From Cellvibrionales bacterium (lineage in GTDB: Bacteria > Pseudomonadota > Gammaproteobacteria > Pseudomonadales > UBA7434), in assembly GCA_041941365.1 (NCBI GenBank), contig JBGTQK010000001.1, forward strand, positions 190,727-254,726: a DNA stretch of 64,000 bases, in the 5' to 3' direction. Of the stretch, positions 32,874 through 42,635 are shown one piece after another; the stretch's first letter is position 1; the number at the start of each line of letters is the position of its first letter. Position numbers and translations under genes: made by a program. The notes beneath the pieces were generated by a model, which saw nothing but the letters and a program-made list of their open reading frames with translations, was not told the DNA's origin and searched no databases.

Positions 32874-34112
32874 ATGAATGACAAAAATGACAAAGCAACT
32901 CAGCCAGTAAATGATCTTGATTGGTCTTTAGAGACACTTGCTATTCGAAGTGGTCATAGGCGTACACATGAAGATGAGCATAGTGAACCGCTATTCTTGA
33001 CTTCCAGTTACGTATTTAATAGCTGCGAAGAAGCTGCTGCTCGATTTAAAGGCGAGACAGAAGGCAATGTTTATTCACGTTATACGAATCCAACAGTTGC
33101 TATTTTCGAGCATAGGTTAGCAGCCTTGGAAGGAGCAGAGGAATGCGTTGCTACTGCGTCTGGAATGGGAGCTATTCTCTCTCTTTGCCTTGCACATTTA
33201 AAACAGGGCGATCACATGATTTGCTCACAGGATGTTTTTGGCTCCACGGTTGTTTTGTTAGATAACTTTTTTGTAAAGTTCGGTATAGAGGTTACATACC
33301 TGGCATTAAATGATATACCGAATTGGAAAGATTCAATCAAAAATAATACTCGTTTAATTTTTGTTGAGTCACCTTCCAATCCATTAAATGAAGTGGCTGA
33401 TTTTTCGGTTTTATCACAATTGGCAAAGACAAATGATGTGCTATTAGCTGTCGATAATTGTTTCTGTTCTCCTGCGCTTCAACAGCCATTAACACATGGT
33501 GCTGATATAGTCATTCATTCTGCAACAAAATATATTGATGGCCAGGGACGATGCCTGGGAGGCGCTGTTCTTGGTTCATCTGATTTGGTCGCTCCCGTTC
33601 GGAGTCTGGTAAGAGCTGGTGGACCAGCGATGAGCCCTTTTAATGCCTGGGTTTTTACCAAAGGACTTGAAACGTTATCATTGAGAATGAAAGCACACTC
33701 GGAAAATGCAAGGAATCTGGCTTTGTGGCTGACACAACAAAGCTGGGTAGAAAAAGTCTATTATGCCGGATTATCTAGCCATGCTTCTCATAACCTGGCT
33801 AAACGACAACAAAAAGATTTTGGTGGGGTTTTATCATTTTTAATCAAGGTCGAATCAGGTGATGACAATGCAGAAAAAAATGCAGCCTGGAGATTTATTG
33901 ATGCTTCCCGGATGCTGTCGCATACTGCAAATTTAGGTGATACAAAAACAACCATTGTGCATCCAGCAACAACAACACATGGGCGTTTATCGCCAGAACA
34001 ACGCAAAGCAGCTGGTATTGCAGATAATCTGGTTAGAATTGCAGTCGGACTGGAAGCATTGGATGATATTAAAGCAGATTTAATGGGTTGTGCCAAAGTG
34101 TTACAAGCCTGA
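32874..34112 (+). CDS. metZ: O-succinylhomoserine sulfhydrylase (Cys/Met-metabolism PLP enzyme)
   Basis: 412 aa. The PLP-lysine motif SATKYIDGQG sits in a cystathionine-gamma-synthase-like fold. Its position after purF matches metZ in Pseudomonas-type chromosomes. The family call is secure. The exact substrate is inferred from synteny. Confidence 0.8.
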   Translation: MNDKNDKATQPVNDLDWSLETLAIRSGHRRTHEDEHSEPLFLTSSYVFNSCEEAAARFKGETEGNVYSRYTNPTVAIFEHRLAALEGAEECVATASGMGAILSLCLAHLKQGDHMICSQDVFGSTVVLLDNFFVKFGIEVTYLALNDIPNWKDSIKNNTRLIFVESPSNPLNEVADFSVLSQLAKTNDVLLAVDNCFCSPALQQPLTHGADIVIHSATKYIDGQGRCLGGAVLGSSDLVAPVRSLVRAGGPAMSPFNAWVFTKGLETLSLRMKAHSENARNLALWLTQQSWVEKVYYAGLSSHASHNLAKRQQKDFGGVLSFLIKVESGDDNAEKNAAWRFIDASRMLSHTANLGDTKTTIVHPATTTHGRLSPEQRKAAGIADNLVRIAVGLEALDDIKADLMGCAKVLQA

Positions 34113-34289
34113 ATGAATCCAACGGTTTGATATTCATAGAGAAATGCGGTCTACCCGACATTATTTGACCAAGCACTTCAATAAAAACACGAGAAAAGGG
34201 TAGTTTGCCTATACTCTACAGATCAATCTGAAAATTATGCTGTCTATAATTCAGCATTTTAATTCTTTAATCGTTTTTTCTGGTGGAGT

Positions 34290-35255
34290 ATGTCAACGGT
34301 TTCTTCTATATCTTCCTCAACATCTGCACATAGTGATATTCAATGGCAGGCAGTTATCGATTCTGTAGCATCTGTCTTACTGGGTAAAGAACAACAGATC
34401 AAATTAGCATTGTGCTGCTTATTGGCCAGAGGACATTTGTTAATAGAAGATTTGCCTGGCATGGGGAAAACAACTTTATCTCATGCGCTTGGTGAAGTAT
34501 TGGGCCTCTCGTATCAACGTGTTCAATTTACTAGCGATATGTTGCCAGCAGACATTGTTGGTGCATCGATTTATGATAAAGAAACCGGTCAGTTTAAATT
34601 TATTAAAGGGCCAGTGTTTACACAGCTGTTGTTAGCAGATGAAATCAATCGTAGTACTCCTAAAACACAAAGTGCATTTCTTGAAGCAATGGAAGAAGGC
34701 CAGGTTTCAGTTGATGGCATAACACATCAGTTGCCTTCACCATTTTTTGTTATTGCTACCCAGAACCCGGTTAGTCAGTCAGGCACGTATCCATTACCCG
34801 AATCTCAGCTTGACCGTTTTTTGATGAGAATTCAATTGGGTTATCCTGATCCTGAAGCAGAAAAACAAATGCTGTTAAGAGCCCAGGTAAGAGGAAGTAG
34901 TATTGCCGAGAACAAACTGGAAGCAATCGTTAGTGCAGAAGAACTTGTGGTTGCACAAGCAGAAATCGATAATATAAAAGCCTCTACGGTTCTTATTGAG
35001 TATTTACAGCGGTTGGTTAATTTCACTCGTTCATCATCGGATTTTGCTTTTGGAATATCTCCACGAGGATCTTTAGCTATTTTACAAGCCGCTAAAGCCT
35101 GGGCATATTTAGCAAAACGTGATCATGTTATACCTGAAGACATCCAGTCTATACTGTCATCAGTTGTATCTCATCGTTTACCATTATCGAATGGTGTTAT
35201 CAGTAACAGTGATGCGCTTATTACACAAATGCTAAATGAAGTTAATGCTGTCTGA
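34290..35255 (+). CDS. MoxR-family AAA+ ATPase
   Basis: 321 aa. Walker A EDLPGMGKTT, Walker B LLADEINR, ATQNP and SPRG (sensor 2). First gene of a MoxR-DUF58-transglutaminase operon. Confidence 0.9.
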   Translation: MSTVSSISSSTSAHSDIQWQAVIDSVASVLLGKEQQIKLALCCLLARGHLLIEDLPGMGKTTLSHALGEVLGLSYQRVQFTSDMLPADIVGASIYDKETGQFKFIKGPVFTQLLLADEINRSTPKTQSAFLEAMEEGQVSVDGITHQLPSPFFVIATQNPVSQSGTYPLPESQLDRFLMRIQLGYPDPEAEKQMLLRAQVRGSSIAENKLEAIVSAEELVVAQAEIDNIKASTVLIEYLQRLVNFTRSSSDFAFGISPRGSLAILQAAKAWAYLAKRDHVIPEDIQSILSSVVSHRLPLSNGVISNSDALITQMLNEVNAV

Positions 35256-35281
35256 ATAAGTTAAGAAGGTAGCTTTTCTTA

Positions 35282-36394
35282 ATGCACGATATACCAGAAG
35301 ATCTCTATAAACAAGGTGCTCAGGAAAGGCGGCAGAAACGTCGAAACTGGTTGCTGACTCAATGGCATCAAAAACGTAGAGAATTTCTTAATAGAAGAAT
35401 ACCCGCAACTAACACGATAACACTTAATCAAAAAAATATATATATCTTCCCAAGTTATGCAGGACTGGGCTTCATTTTTGTTTTAATTCTTTTATTACTC
35501 GTAGCAATCAATTTCGAAAATAATTCGGTTTATGCGTTGACCTTTCTGGTATCAGGCATCCTAACAGTTTCTATATTGCATACTTTTTTTAACCTGGCTG
35601 GATTAAATTTACAGGGTTTTTCTGCCAAACCGACTTTTTCAGGAAGAGAAGCTGAATTTAAAGTTTTAATGTCATCATCCTCAGGAGATCATTTAGGTAT
35701 TGTCCTGAGCTGGCAAGCGCATTCTCAGGTTGTCGATATTGAGAAAAACCGACAACAAAAATTGGTTTTACCATTCCGCACAGGGCCAAGAGGATATTGC
35801 GTACCTGGTCGCCTAAAAATAGAAACAAGCTACCCATTGGGTTTGATTCGAGCATGGACCTGGGTAGATCTGGATATGAGTAGCATTGTTTACCCTTTTC
35901 CTGATGAAGAGACAGTGACAGATAAAGAGAAAAGCAAAAATAATGATGAAGGCACACAATATGTTATGGGAAATACGGATTTTTACGGCTTGAGAAGTTA
36001 TGTTCATGGCGATAGTGTAAAGTCTATTGCCTGGAAAAATTATGCTAAAAGAGATGTCCTTACGACTAAGGAGTTCGTTGACAGTGTAGATGAACAGTTT
36101 TGGCTCGACTGGGATAGTGTTACAGGTGATGTAGAACAGAGGCTTCAGAAATTAACACATCTGGTAATTCAAGCTGAGCTTAGTGGGCAAGAATATGGAC
36201 TAATATTGCCCAACAGTCATTTGCCTAACAATAGTATTCAGCCTGACAAGGGAGAGCATCATCTCCACCAGATATTATATGCTTTGGCCATTTATCAACT
36301 TCCATCAAAAATAAATATGAAAGTGGAAAATGCGCCTGGTTCTTCGCAAGAAAATACTTTATCAGCAACCGAGAGTATTCAGGGTAAAGTATAA
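35282..36394 (+). CDS. DUF58 domain protein (MoxR partner)
   Basis: 370 aa. Two N-terminal TM helices and the DUF58-type motif DFYGLRSYVHGDSVKSIAWKNYAK. Confidence 0.85.
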   Translation: MHDIPEDLYKQGAQERRQKRRNWLLTQWHQKRREFLNRRIPATNTITLNQKNIYIFPSYAGLGFIFVLILLLLVAINFENNSVYALTFLVSGILTVSILHTFFNLAGLNLQGFSAKPTFSGREAEFKVLMSSSSGDHLGIVLSWQAHSQVVDIEKNRQQKLVLPFRTGPRGYCVPGRLKIETSYPLGLIRAWTWVDLDMSSIVYPFPDEETVTDKEKSKNNDEGTQYVMGNTDFYGLRSYVHGDSVKSIAWKNYAKRDVLTTKEFVDSVDEQFWLDWDSVTGDVEQRLQKLTHLVIQAELSGQEYGLILPNSHLPNNSIQPDKGEHHLHQILYALAIYQLPSKINMKVENAPGSSQENTLSATESIQGKV

Positions 36395-36395
36395 G

Positions 36396-38435
36396 ATGGC
36401 TTTTTATCAGCAGATCCCTCGCCAAAGTATATTCTGGTTGCTCATCGCTCAAACGCTTGTGGTAATACCCCATTTACCACGATTAGGCATATGGATGACA
36501 GGATTCTGGGCGATTTGTATTATCTGGCGTATAGCAATGTACCGTGGTCAGGCATCTTACCCTAGCCAGTATTTAAAAATAACATTAATCATTGCTGGTA
36601 CTGTCGGTGTGCTGATTTCATTTGGAAATTTAGGTGGCCTGGATTTGGCTGTAGCACTTCTAATATTGGCTTTTTCGCTTAAATTGGTAGAAGCAAAAAC
36701 TCGACGAGATTTAAACATTATTTTTTATCTGGCCTTCTTCGTTGTAGGGACATCTTTTTTATTTTCACAGGCTCTCCCATTAGTATTATTTCAAATATTA
36801 AGTATAGTTGTTGTACTAACAGCGATGATTGCGACGCAACGAAGTTTATCTCAGCATTCTTTTTTTCAACCATTTAAAGTAGCAAGCAAGTTATTACTTC
36901 AAGCTATACCTTTAATGCTCTTACTCTTTATTGTGTTCCCCAGAATTGATCCGTTATGGGCTGTTCATGATGGTACGACTCAGGCTGGTACAGGTTTTAG
37001 CGATGAAATGGCGCCTGGTGATGTCGTTGATTTAATGCAATCAGCTGAGGTTGTTTTTCAGGTTGAGTTTAGAAATAATAAAACGATACCTGAAAATAGA
37101 AAGCTTTATTGGCGAGGGTTATCATTAAATCAATTTGATGGAAGAGCATGGCGTTATACACCATTAAATGATGAATACCTACAAAACCTGAATGATGGAG
37201 AAAAAAATACAAACAGCGAATGGGTTTATGGAGAGCCTATTAGTTATTCAGTCATTATGAGGCCCAGTAATCAACACTGGTTATTTGCATTACCAATTGC
37301 AGATATATCATTAATGCAAAACAGGAAATTGAATAAATTATATTCCGGGAGAGATCTTTCCTGGCGATCTAGTGAAAAGATAAATAGTATTATTCAATAC
37401 AACGTTGATTCCTATCTGAATTATCGTGTCGACCCTTACTTAAGTCATTACGAGAAGAGGTTTTTTACTCAGTTACCTGAAGGGTTTAATCCAAAAACAC
37501 TCGCGCTTGTCGAGCAAATAAAACAAGAGAATGATAAGGCACAAGATATCATAAAAGCGGTCATTAGTTATTTTTATAATAACCCTTTTACATATACTTT
37601 AAAGCCAGAAAAGCTGGGTCGTAATACAGTAGACGATTTTCTTTTTAATACACAAAAAGGTTATTGCGAACATTATTCTAACGCCTTTGTTTTTGCATTA
37701 CGTGCAGCTGGTATACCATCCAGAGTTGTTATTGGTTATCAGGGTGGGGAAATAAATCCTGCTAATAATATTTTAACTGTGAGACAAATGGATGCACATG
37801 CATGGGCAGAATATTGGATAGAAGGAAAAGGGTGGCAAAGGTATGACCCAACAACATTAGTGGCGCCTGATCGAATTGAGTATGGTATGAATAGTTTTGC
37901 TCTAAATCAAAGTGAGGAGCTTTCTTTATTTTCACCAATACTAATTAAAAATGTTAGTTTTATTAAATCAATCAGCAATCAATTTGACTCAATAAATTAT
38001 GCATGGAGGAAATGGCTGGTAGGTTTTGACGGGGATATTCAGTATAGCGTTTTAAAAGCATTGTTAGGCGAGGTAACATCTTTAAGAATTGCCACATTTA
38101 TGTTTTTTGTGATGAGTGGAGTATTATCGATAGTTGCAGTCCTATTGTATCGTCGTTTACAGCGTAAAAAATTGAGTCCTGAATTACAGCTTTATTATCG
38201 CTTTTGTAAAAAGTTATCAGAAAAAGGCTTTCAGAGAAGAAATCATGAGCCACCTCAGCGTTTTTATGAGCGGCTATCAAAAGCTGTCTCACCAAAGCTT
38301 TCAGAAAAAGCTGAGAAAATTACGCATCTATATCAGCAAATTGTCTATAACGAAGTGGATAAAAAGGGTAATTTGCAGCAGCTAAAACAGGAAATAAAAA
38401 AATTTCAGGTTTCCAAGGCAGACTTTATTCAATAA
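36396..38435 (+). CDS. transglutaminase-domain membrane protein (TgpA-like)
   Basis: About six N-terminal TM helices, then a transglutaminase core with Cys-His-Asp (GYCEHYSNAFVFALRAAGIPSRVV...MDAHAWAEYW...RYDPT) and a C-terminal TM plus tail. ATG 36396 lies 1 nt after the DUF58 stop, so I prefer it to the track start 36330, which overlaps the preceding gene. Confidence 0.88.
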   Translation: MAFYQQIPRQSIFWLLIAQTLVVIPHLPRLGIWMTGFWAICIIWRIAMYRGQASYPSQYLKITLIIAGTVGVLISFGNLGGLDLAVALLILAFSLKLVEAKTRRDLNIIFYLAFFVVGTSFLFSQALPLVLFQILSIVVVLTAMIATQRSLSQHSFFQPFKVASKLLLQAIPLMLLLFIVFPRIDPLWAVHDGTTQAGTGFSDEMAPGDVVDLMQSAEVVFQVEFRNNKTIPENRKLYWRGLSLNQFDGRAWRYTPLNDEYLQNLNDGEKNTNSEWVYGEPISYSVIMRPSNQHWLFALPIADISLMQNRKLNKLYSGRDLSWRSSEKINSIIQYNVDSYLNYRVDPYLSHYEKRFFTQLPEGFNPKTLALVEQIKQENDKAQDIIKAVISYFYNNPFTYTLKPEKLGRNTVDDFLFNTQKGYCEHYSNAFVFALRAAGIPSRVVIGYQGGEINPANNILTVRQMDAHAWAEYWIEGKGWQRYDPTTLVAPDRIEYGMNSFALNQSEELSLFSPILIKNVSFIKSISNQFDSINYAWRKWLVGFDGDIQYSVLKALLGEVTSLRIATFMFFVMSGVLSIVAVLLYRRLQRKKLSPELQLYYRFCKKLSEKGFQRRNHEPPQRFYERLSKAVSPKLSEKAEKITHLYQQIVYNEVDKKGNLQQLKQEIKKFQVSKADFIQ

Positions 38436-38588
38436 AGGTCATTTTACCATCTCCATATCTCAAGCTTTGTATTGGCAAATATCAATTTAGGTATTTCGTA
38501 GCTTAAATTCCGCGACATATTTCTTGAATAGATAGTGATAGGTATATGTTAATATCGTTCGGATAAGTCAAAGGTTTGAGGTTTAAGT

Positions 38589-39710
38589 GTGAAAAACGTC
38601 GTTATTACCGGTACCGGTTTATTTACTCCAGAGCATTCAATTTCTAACGAGGAACTGGTTACAGCATTTAATCAGTATGTCGAGAATTACAATAAAGAAT
38701 ATGCTGATGAAATCAGTTCGGGAGCTCGTGAGCCGCTACAACCTTCGTCCTGTGAATTTATTGAAAAAGCTTCAGGTATCAAAAGCCGTCATGCAATTAA
38801 TAAAGAAGGAATTATCGATCCTCAGCGCATGTGCCCAAAAATTCCTGAAAGAGATAACGAATCAAATAGTTTGCAATGTGAAATGGCCATTGCTGCTGCC
38901 AACGAAGCAATGGCTCAGGCAGGCAAAACTGTAGAAGACATTGATATCGTTATCTGTGCGGCTTCCAATATGCAACGCGCCTACCCGGCAATGGCCATAG
39001 AAATTCAGGCAGCGCTGGGAATTGACGGTTACGCTTATGATATGAATGTGGCCTGTTCGTCGGCAACATTCGGAATACAAAATGCTGCAAGTGTTGTTGA
39101 ATCCGGAAATGCCAAATGTGTGTTGATGATCAATCCGGAAATTACGACTGGCCATCTTAACTTTCGAGACAGAGACAGTCATTTTATTTTTGGTGATGCT
39201 TGCACAGCTGTGATTGTAGAGAATAGAGATAACATTTCTACTACTGAAAGTTTTGAAGTGCTGGGTACAAAATTAAAAACAGTTTTTTCCAGTAACATAC
39301 GTAATAACTTTGGTTTTCTTAATCGTTGCGATGAGCAATTTGCAGATGCAGCAGATAAATTATTTATTCAGGAAGGCCGCAAAGTTTTTAAAGAAGTGTC
39401 TCCAATGGTGGCTGAACTTATTGCCGAGCATCTGGCCGAGCACCAAATTCCTACCCTTTTATTAAAGCGATTATGGTTACACCAGGCTAATGCCAACATG
39501 AATAATTTAATCGCTAAAAGATTATTAGGACACGAGCCAACACCAGAGTTTGCACCAACTGTCCTGGACACTTATGCAAATACCAGTTCAGCTGGTTCTA
39601 TTATCGCTTTTCATAAATGTCGCGAAGGAATATTGCCTGGTGACGTAGGAATAATCTGTTCATTTGGCGCAGGTTATTCTGTAGGTAATGTCATAGTAAG
39701 AAAGTGTTAG
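38589..39710 (+). CDS. beta-ketoacyl-ACP synthase III family condensing enzyme (FabH-like, long form)
   Basis: 373 aa, GTG start 7 nt after TGAGG. Cys-His-Asn triad contexts are present: NVACSSATFG, WLHQANANM and YANTSSAGS. Confidence 0.85.
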   Translation: MKNVVITGTGLFTPEHSISNEELVTAFNQYVENYNKEYADEISSGAREPLQPSSCEFIEKASGIKSRHAINKEGIIDPQRMCPKIPERDNESNSLQCEMAIAAANEAMAQAGKTVEDIDIVICAASNMQRAYPAMAIEIQAALGIDGYAYDMNVACSSATFGIQNAASVVESGNAKCVLMINPEITTGHLNFRDRDSHFIFGDACTAVIVENRDNISTTESFEVLGTKLKTVFSSNIRNNFGFLNRCDEQFADAADKLFIQEGRKVFKEVSPMVAELIAEHLAEHQIPTLLLKRLWLHQANANMNNLIAKRLLGHEPTPEFAPTVLDTYANTSSAGSIIAFHKCREGILPGDVGIICSFGAGYSVGNVIVRKC

Positions 39711-39743
39711 ACTATTAACTCATTATGATTATTCGTCACTTAT

Positions 39744-41954
39744 TTAAGTATAAGTGGCTTTTAAAGATGATAAGACTAAAGCACGCTCTATCTTTTCACT
39801 GAAAGATTGCGGTTCTTCCAGGTCCATTCGTTGTAAATACAGTTTGAAATCTTCGCCTTTATCCAAAAAGCTTTGGCTAATCAATTTAGCCAATTCTATT
39901 TTATTATCTGAGCGTTGAGCTAGCCATTTGAGTGCTTGCCCCAAGCGTAATTCCTCGTCAGAAAAATCACAACCAAAAGGAAAGCGGGGTAGAAACCCTT
40001 TTGCTCTAAACGCCTTTAGCTGATTTCTATCGGCAGTAGGCAGATTGTTTTTATATAATTCAGGTATTTCATAGTCAGCTTCAAGTTTGCCCGCGTCTTT
40101 TGCCTGTTGCATTAAATCTGATTGAAAGCGCGAATCAGCAATATTCAACATCGACTTAATAACTTCGGCGTCTGATTTTCCTCTAAGATCGGCAATACCA
40201 TACTCAGTAATATAAATATCCCGTAGATGGCGGGGGATAGTAGTATGCCCATAATTCCATACAACATTTGAGGTTACTTTACCCTTTTTAGTGCGTGTTG
40301 CTCTTAGTAAAAGAATCGAGCGAGCACCTTTTAGTTCATTACCTTGGGCAACAAAATTATATTGGCCGCCAACTCCACTTACCATTTGCCCATTATGTAA
40401 TCCGTCAGATGTAGCGGCGCCTAATAAGTTGACGGTAAAGGTTGTATTAAAAAAGCGAGCATGTTGTCGTTGAGCTGCTTTTAACGATTGTTCACCATAA
40501 AGGCTGTTGATGTAACAAATCCCTGTCATGTTAATTTTTTCAAGCTCTTCTGCTGGCATTTCCCTTAAGGCATTATAAAAAGATTCAGGACCTAAAAAGA
40601 AACCGCCATGCATAACAATGCCATGTTGAAGAGTAGCGGAAAAGCAGTTATTTTCGATTGCAAGCATTGTATTTTCGTCAGATAAGTCATTATCTGCCAA
40701 TACGTTTCCATCTATAAGGATTGATTCTTTCTTATTGTTATTATCCGTAGTTGAGTTATTCGAGAGAGAAACTGTTCTTTTAAATATACCATAATGGATC
40801 AGCCAGTCTAATTCTGCCTGATTCAGCCTGTTATTGACTTTCCCCAGTGAGATTAGAATTTTTAATAAATCGACCCCTGGTATTATTGGTGTCGATTTTT
40901 TTTGTTCGGTTTGTTGCTGTTCTAATTGGTTAATAGCAATTTGCAGTTCAGTGTCTGGATATACTTTTCGTGTAAGTATATTAGCGTCTATAAGGTCCAG
41001 AAAACCATCGACAAACATTTCACTGCATCCATATAGACCGCTTGAAAACGTATCCGTATCGCCAAATGTTTTAACGATTTCCCCGAATTTTTCTTTAATT
41101 TTTAAAGTTCTTATTATTTCCTGATAAACATTATTGTTTTCATGTCTGATTTTACAGGCATAAACTATCGCATCGCTTAATGAACCAATACCTATTTGTA
41201 GTGTTCCACCATCTTTTATTAGTGTGCTGGCATATAACCCAATCAGATAATCATTTTTGGTTACAGGCATATCGGGTGGTGCAAAAAGGCGAGTATCGTA
41301 ATTTCTGTTGTTGATAATGAAATCAAAACCATCTTCATCAATTGCGGCATCGTTAGGCATGTAGGGAAGGTCTTCGTGGGTTTGTCCCACAATACACATA
41401 GGCTCCCCATTAGCTTTTTTTTGCTGTATCCATTCCTGTAACTCTAAAGAAATTTCCGGGTTGGAACTGAAGCTGTATTTTTTTTCCTGTTTTTCATTAA
41501 AAGCGATTGCTTGGGCGACAACATTGAGATCGTAAGCCATTAAATCACGTGGAACATGTGTGTAGTTGCAATTTAAATAATGTTGTTGAACATAATCATG
41601 TTTTAAAAAAGAACCGGATTTAACAAAAAATTCGTAGACATTAATGTGCGCAGGTAACTGATTGCGGCGCATATCAGTGAGATAGTCCAGCGTTTGATAC
41701 CCTCCAAATATTCTTTCGTAAAAAGGCGACAAAAAGCGTTTTTCAAGGCTGTTTTTAGCGTCCGGAAGTTCCAGGCTTAGTGCTGTGTAGATATCAAGCT
41801 TTATCGAACTGTCTTCTTTTACTCGTTGATAAAGCGCGTTTACCCACTGATTTGGTTTTCCTAAACCTAGTGGCAGACCCAAACGAATATGAGATCCGAC
41901 GGTTTTAATGACGGCTTCAACACAATCTTCGACATTGTCATAATAAACAGGCAT
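39744..41954 (-). CDS. acetyl-CoA hydrolase/transferase family protein (long form)
   Basis: 736 aa. The C-terminal domain motif MVSGVGGQYNFV and a GSLSDA-type N-domain match the acetyl-CoA hydrolase/CoA-transferase family. An Asn/Asp-rich low-complexity insert lies in the middle. Confidence 0.7.
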   Translation of the reverse strand: MPVYYDNVEDCVEAVIKTVGSHIRLGLPLGLGKPNQWVNALYQRVKEDSSIKLDIYTALSLELPDAKNSLEKRFLSPFYERIFGGYQTLDYLTDMRRNQLPAHINVYEFFVKSGSFLKHDYVQQHYLNCNYTHVPRDLMAYDLNVVAQAIAFNEKQEKKYSFSSNPEISLELQEWIQQKKANGEPMCIVGQTHEDLPYMPNDAAIDEDGFDFIINNRNYDTRLFAPPDMPVTKNDYLIGLYASTLIKDGGTLQIGIGSLSDAIVYACKIRHENNNVYQEIIRTLKIKEKFGEIVKTFGDTDTFSSGLYGCSEMFVDGFLDLIDANILTRKVYPDTELQIAINQLEQQQTEQKKSTPIIPGVDLLKILISLGKVNNRLNQAELDWLIHYGIFKRTVSLSNNSTTDNNNKKESILIDGNVLADNDLSDENTMLAIENNCFSATLQHGIVMHGGFFLGPESFYNALREMPAEELEKINMTGICYINSLYGEQSLKAAQRQHARFFNTTFTVNLLGAATSDGLHNGQMVSGVGGQYNFVAQGNELKGARSILLLRATRTKKGKVTSNVVWNYGHTTIPRHLRDIYITEYGIADLRGKSDAEVIKSMLNIADSRFQSDLMQQAKDAGKLEADYEIPELYKNNLPTADRNQLKAFRAKGFLPRFPFGCDFSDEELRLGQALKWLAQRSDNKIELAKLISQSFLDKGEDFKLYLQRMDLEEPQSFSEKIERALVLSSLKATYT

Positions 41955-41987
41955 ACAATCGCTCTCGTTTTAAAAAGTGACAGGTTG

Positions 41988-42536
41988 TTATTCGGAGCGA
42001 TTTGCTTCAATGGCGTCTCGTGTATCCAGCCTGAGCTTACGTCGTATTTCTGCTTCTTTCGCACGGCGTTTATCCATATCGGATGTGAGTGTTAGATCAG
42101 GTACTTCAATCGGCTTATTGTTTTCATCTAAAGCAACAAAAGTAAAATAGGCTGACACAATATGTCGTCTGTCTCCGGAGTAGCTGTTTTCGGCTTCCAC
42201 CCTGATTCCTATTTCCATAGAGCTGCGCCAGGCATTGTTGATTGAAGCGGAAAAGATTAATGTGTCACCTTTTCGGGCAGGTGCCATAAAATGCATTGAA
42301 TCGACTGATGCTGTGACACAGACATAGCCACTGTGCCGTTCCGCCACGACCAGTGCAAGTCGATCACACTCTGCCATAATCAGGCCACCGAAAACTGTGC
42401 TATGCGCATTTAGATCGTTGGGGAAGACTTTAGAAACTTGTCCATCAATTGCTGAACTGGAAGGGGTTTTGGCGTTGGTTTGTTGTGAATCAGAAGGCAT
42501 ACTAAAGCTCAAAAAGTTATCAATTACAAGTTTCAA
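41988..42536 (-). CDS. acyl-CoA thioesterase (hotdog fold, YciA-like)
   Basis: 182 aa. NAHSTVFGGLIMAECDRLA...SMEIGIRVEAEN is typical of YciA/Acot-type hotdog thioesterases. It sits 33 nt upstream of the CoA hydrolase/transferase gene on the same strand. Confidence 0.85.
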   Translation of the reverse strand: MKLVIDNFLSFSMPSDSQQTNAKTPSSSAIDGQVSKVFPNDLNAHSTVFGGLIMAECDRLALVVAERHSGYVCVTASVDSMHFMAPARKGDTLIFSASINNAWRSSMEIGIRVEAENSYSGDRRHIVSAYFTFVALDENNKPIEVPDLTLTSDMDKRRAKEAEIRRKLRLDTRDAIEANRSE

Positions 42537-42635
42537 AGTGTAAGTAAATTAAGTGACAGGATTCAAGTAGAATAAATTAAACTTGATTTTATGCATGTTA
42601 AAGTTATTAAAAAGAGAGAAGAAATTAAATAATTG

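Noticed and set aside
36330-36395. Upstream start (36330) for the transglutaminase gene as given in the ORF track
   Set aside because: That start would overlap the DUF58 gene by 65 nt and add a non-hydrophobic, basic peptide. ATG 36396 abuts the DUF58 stop and begins with the expected membrane-domain sequence.
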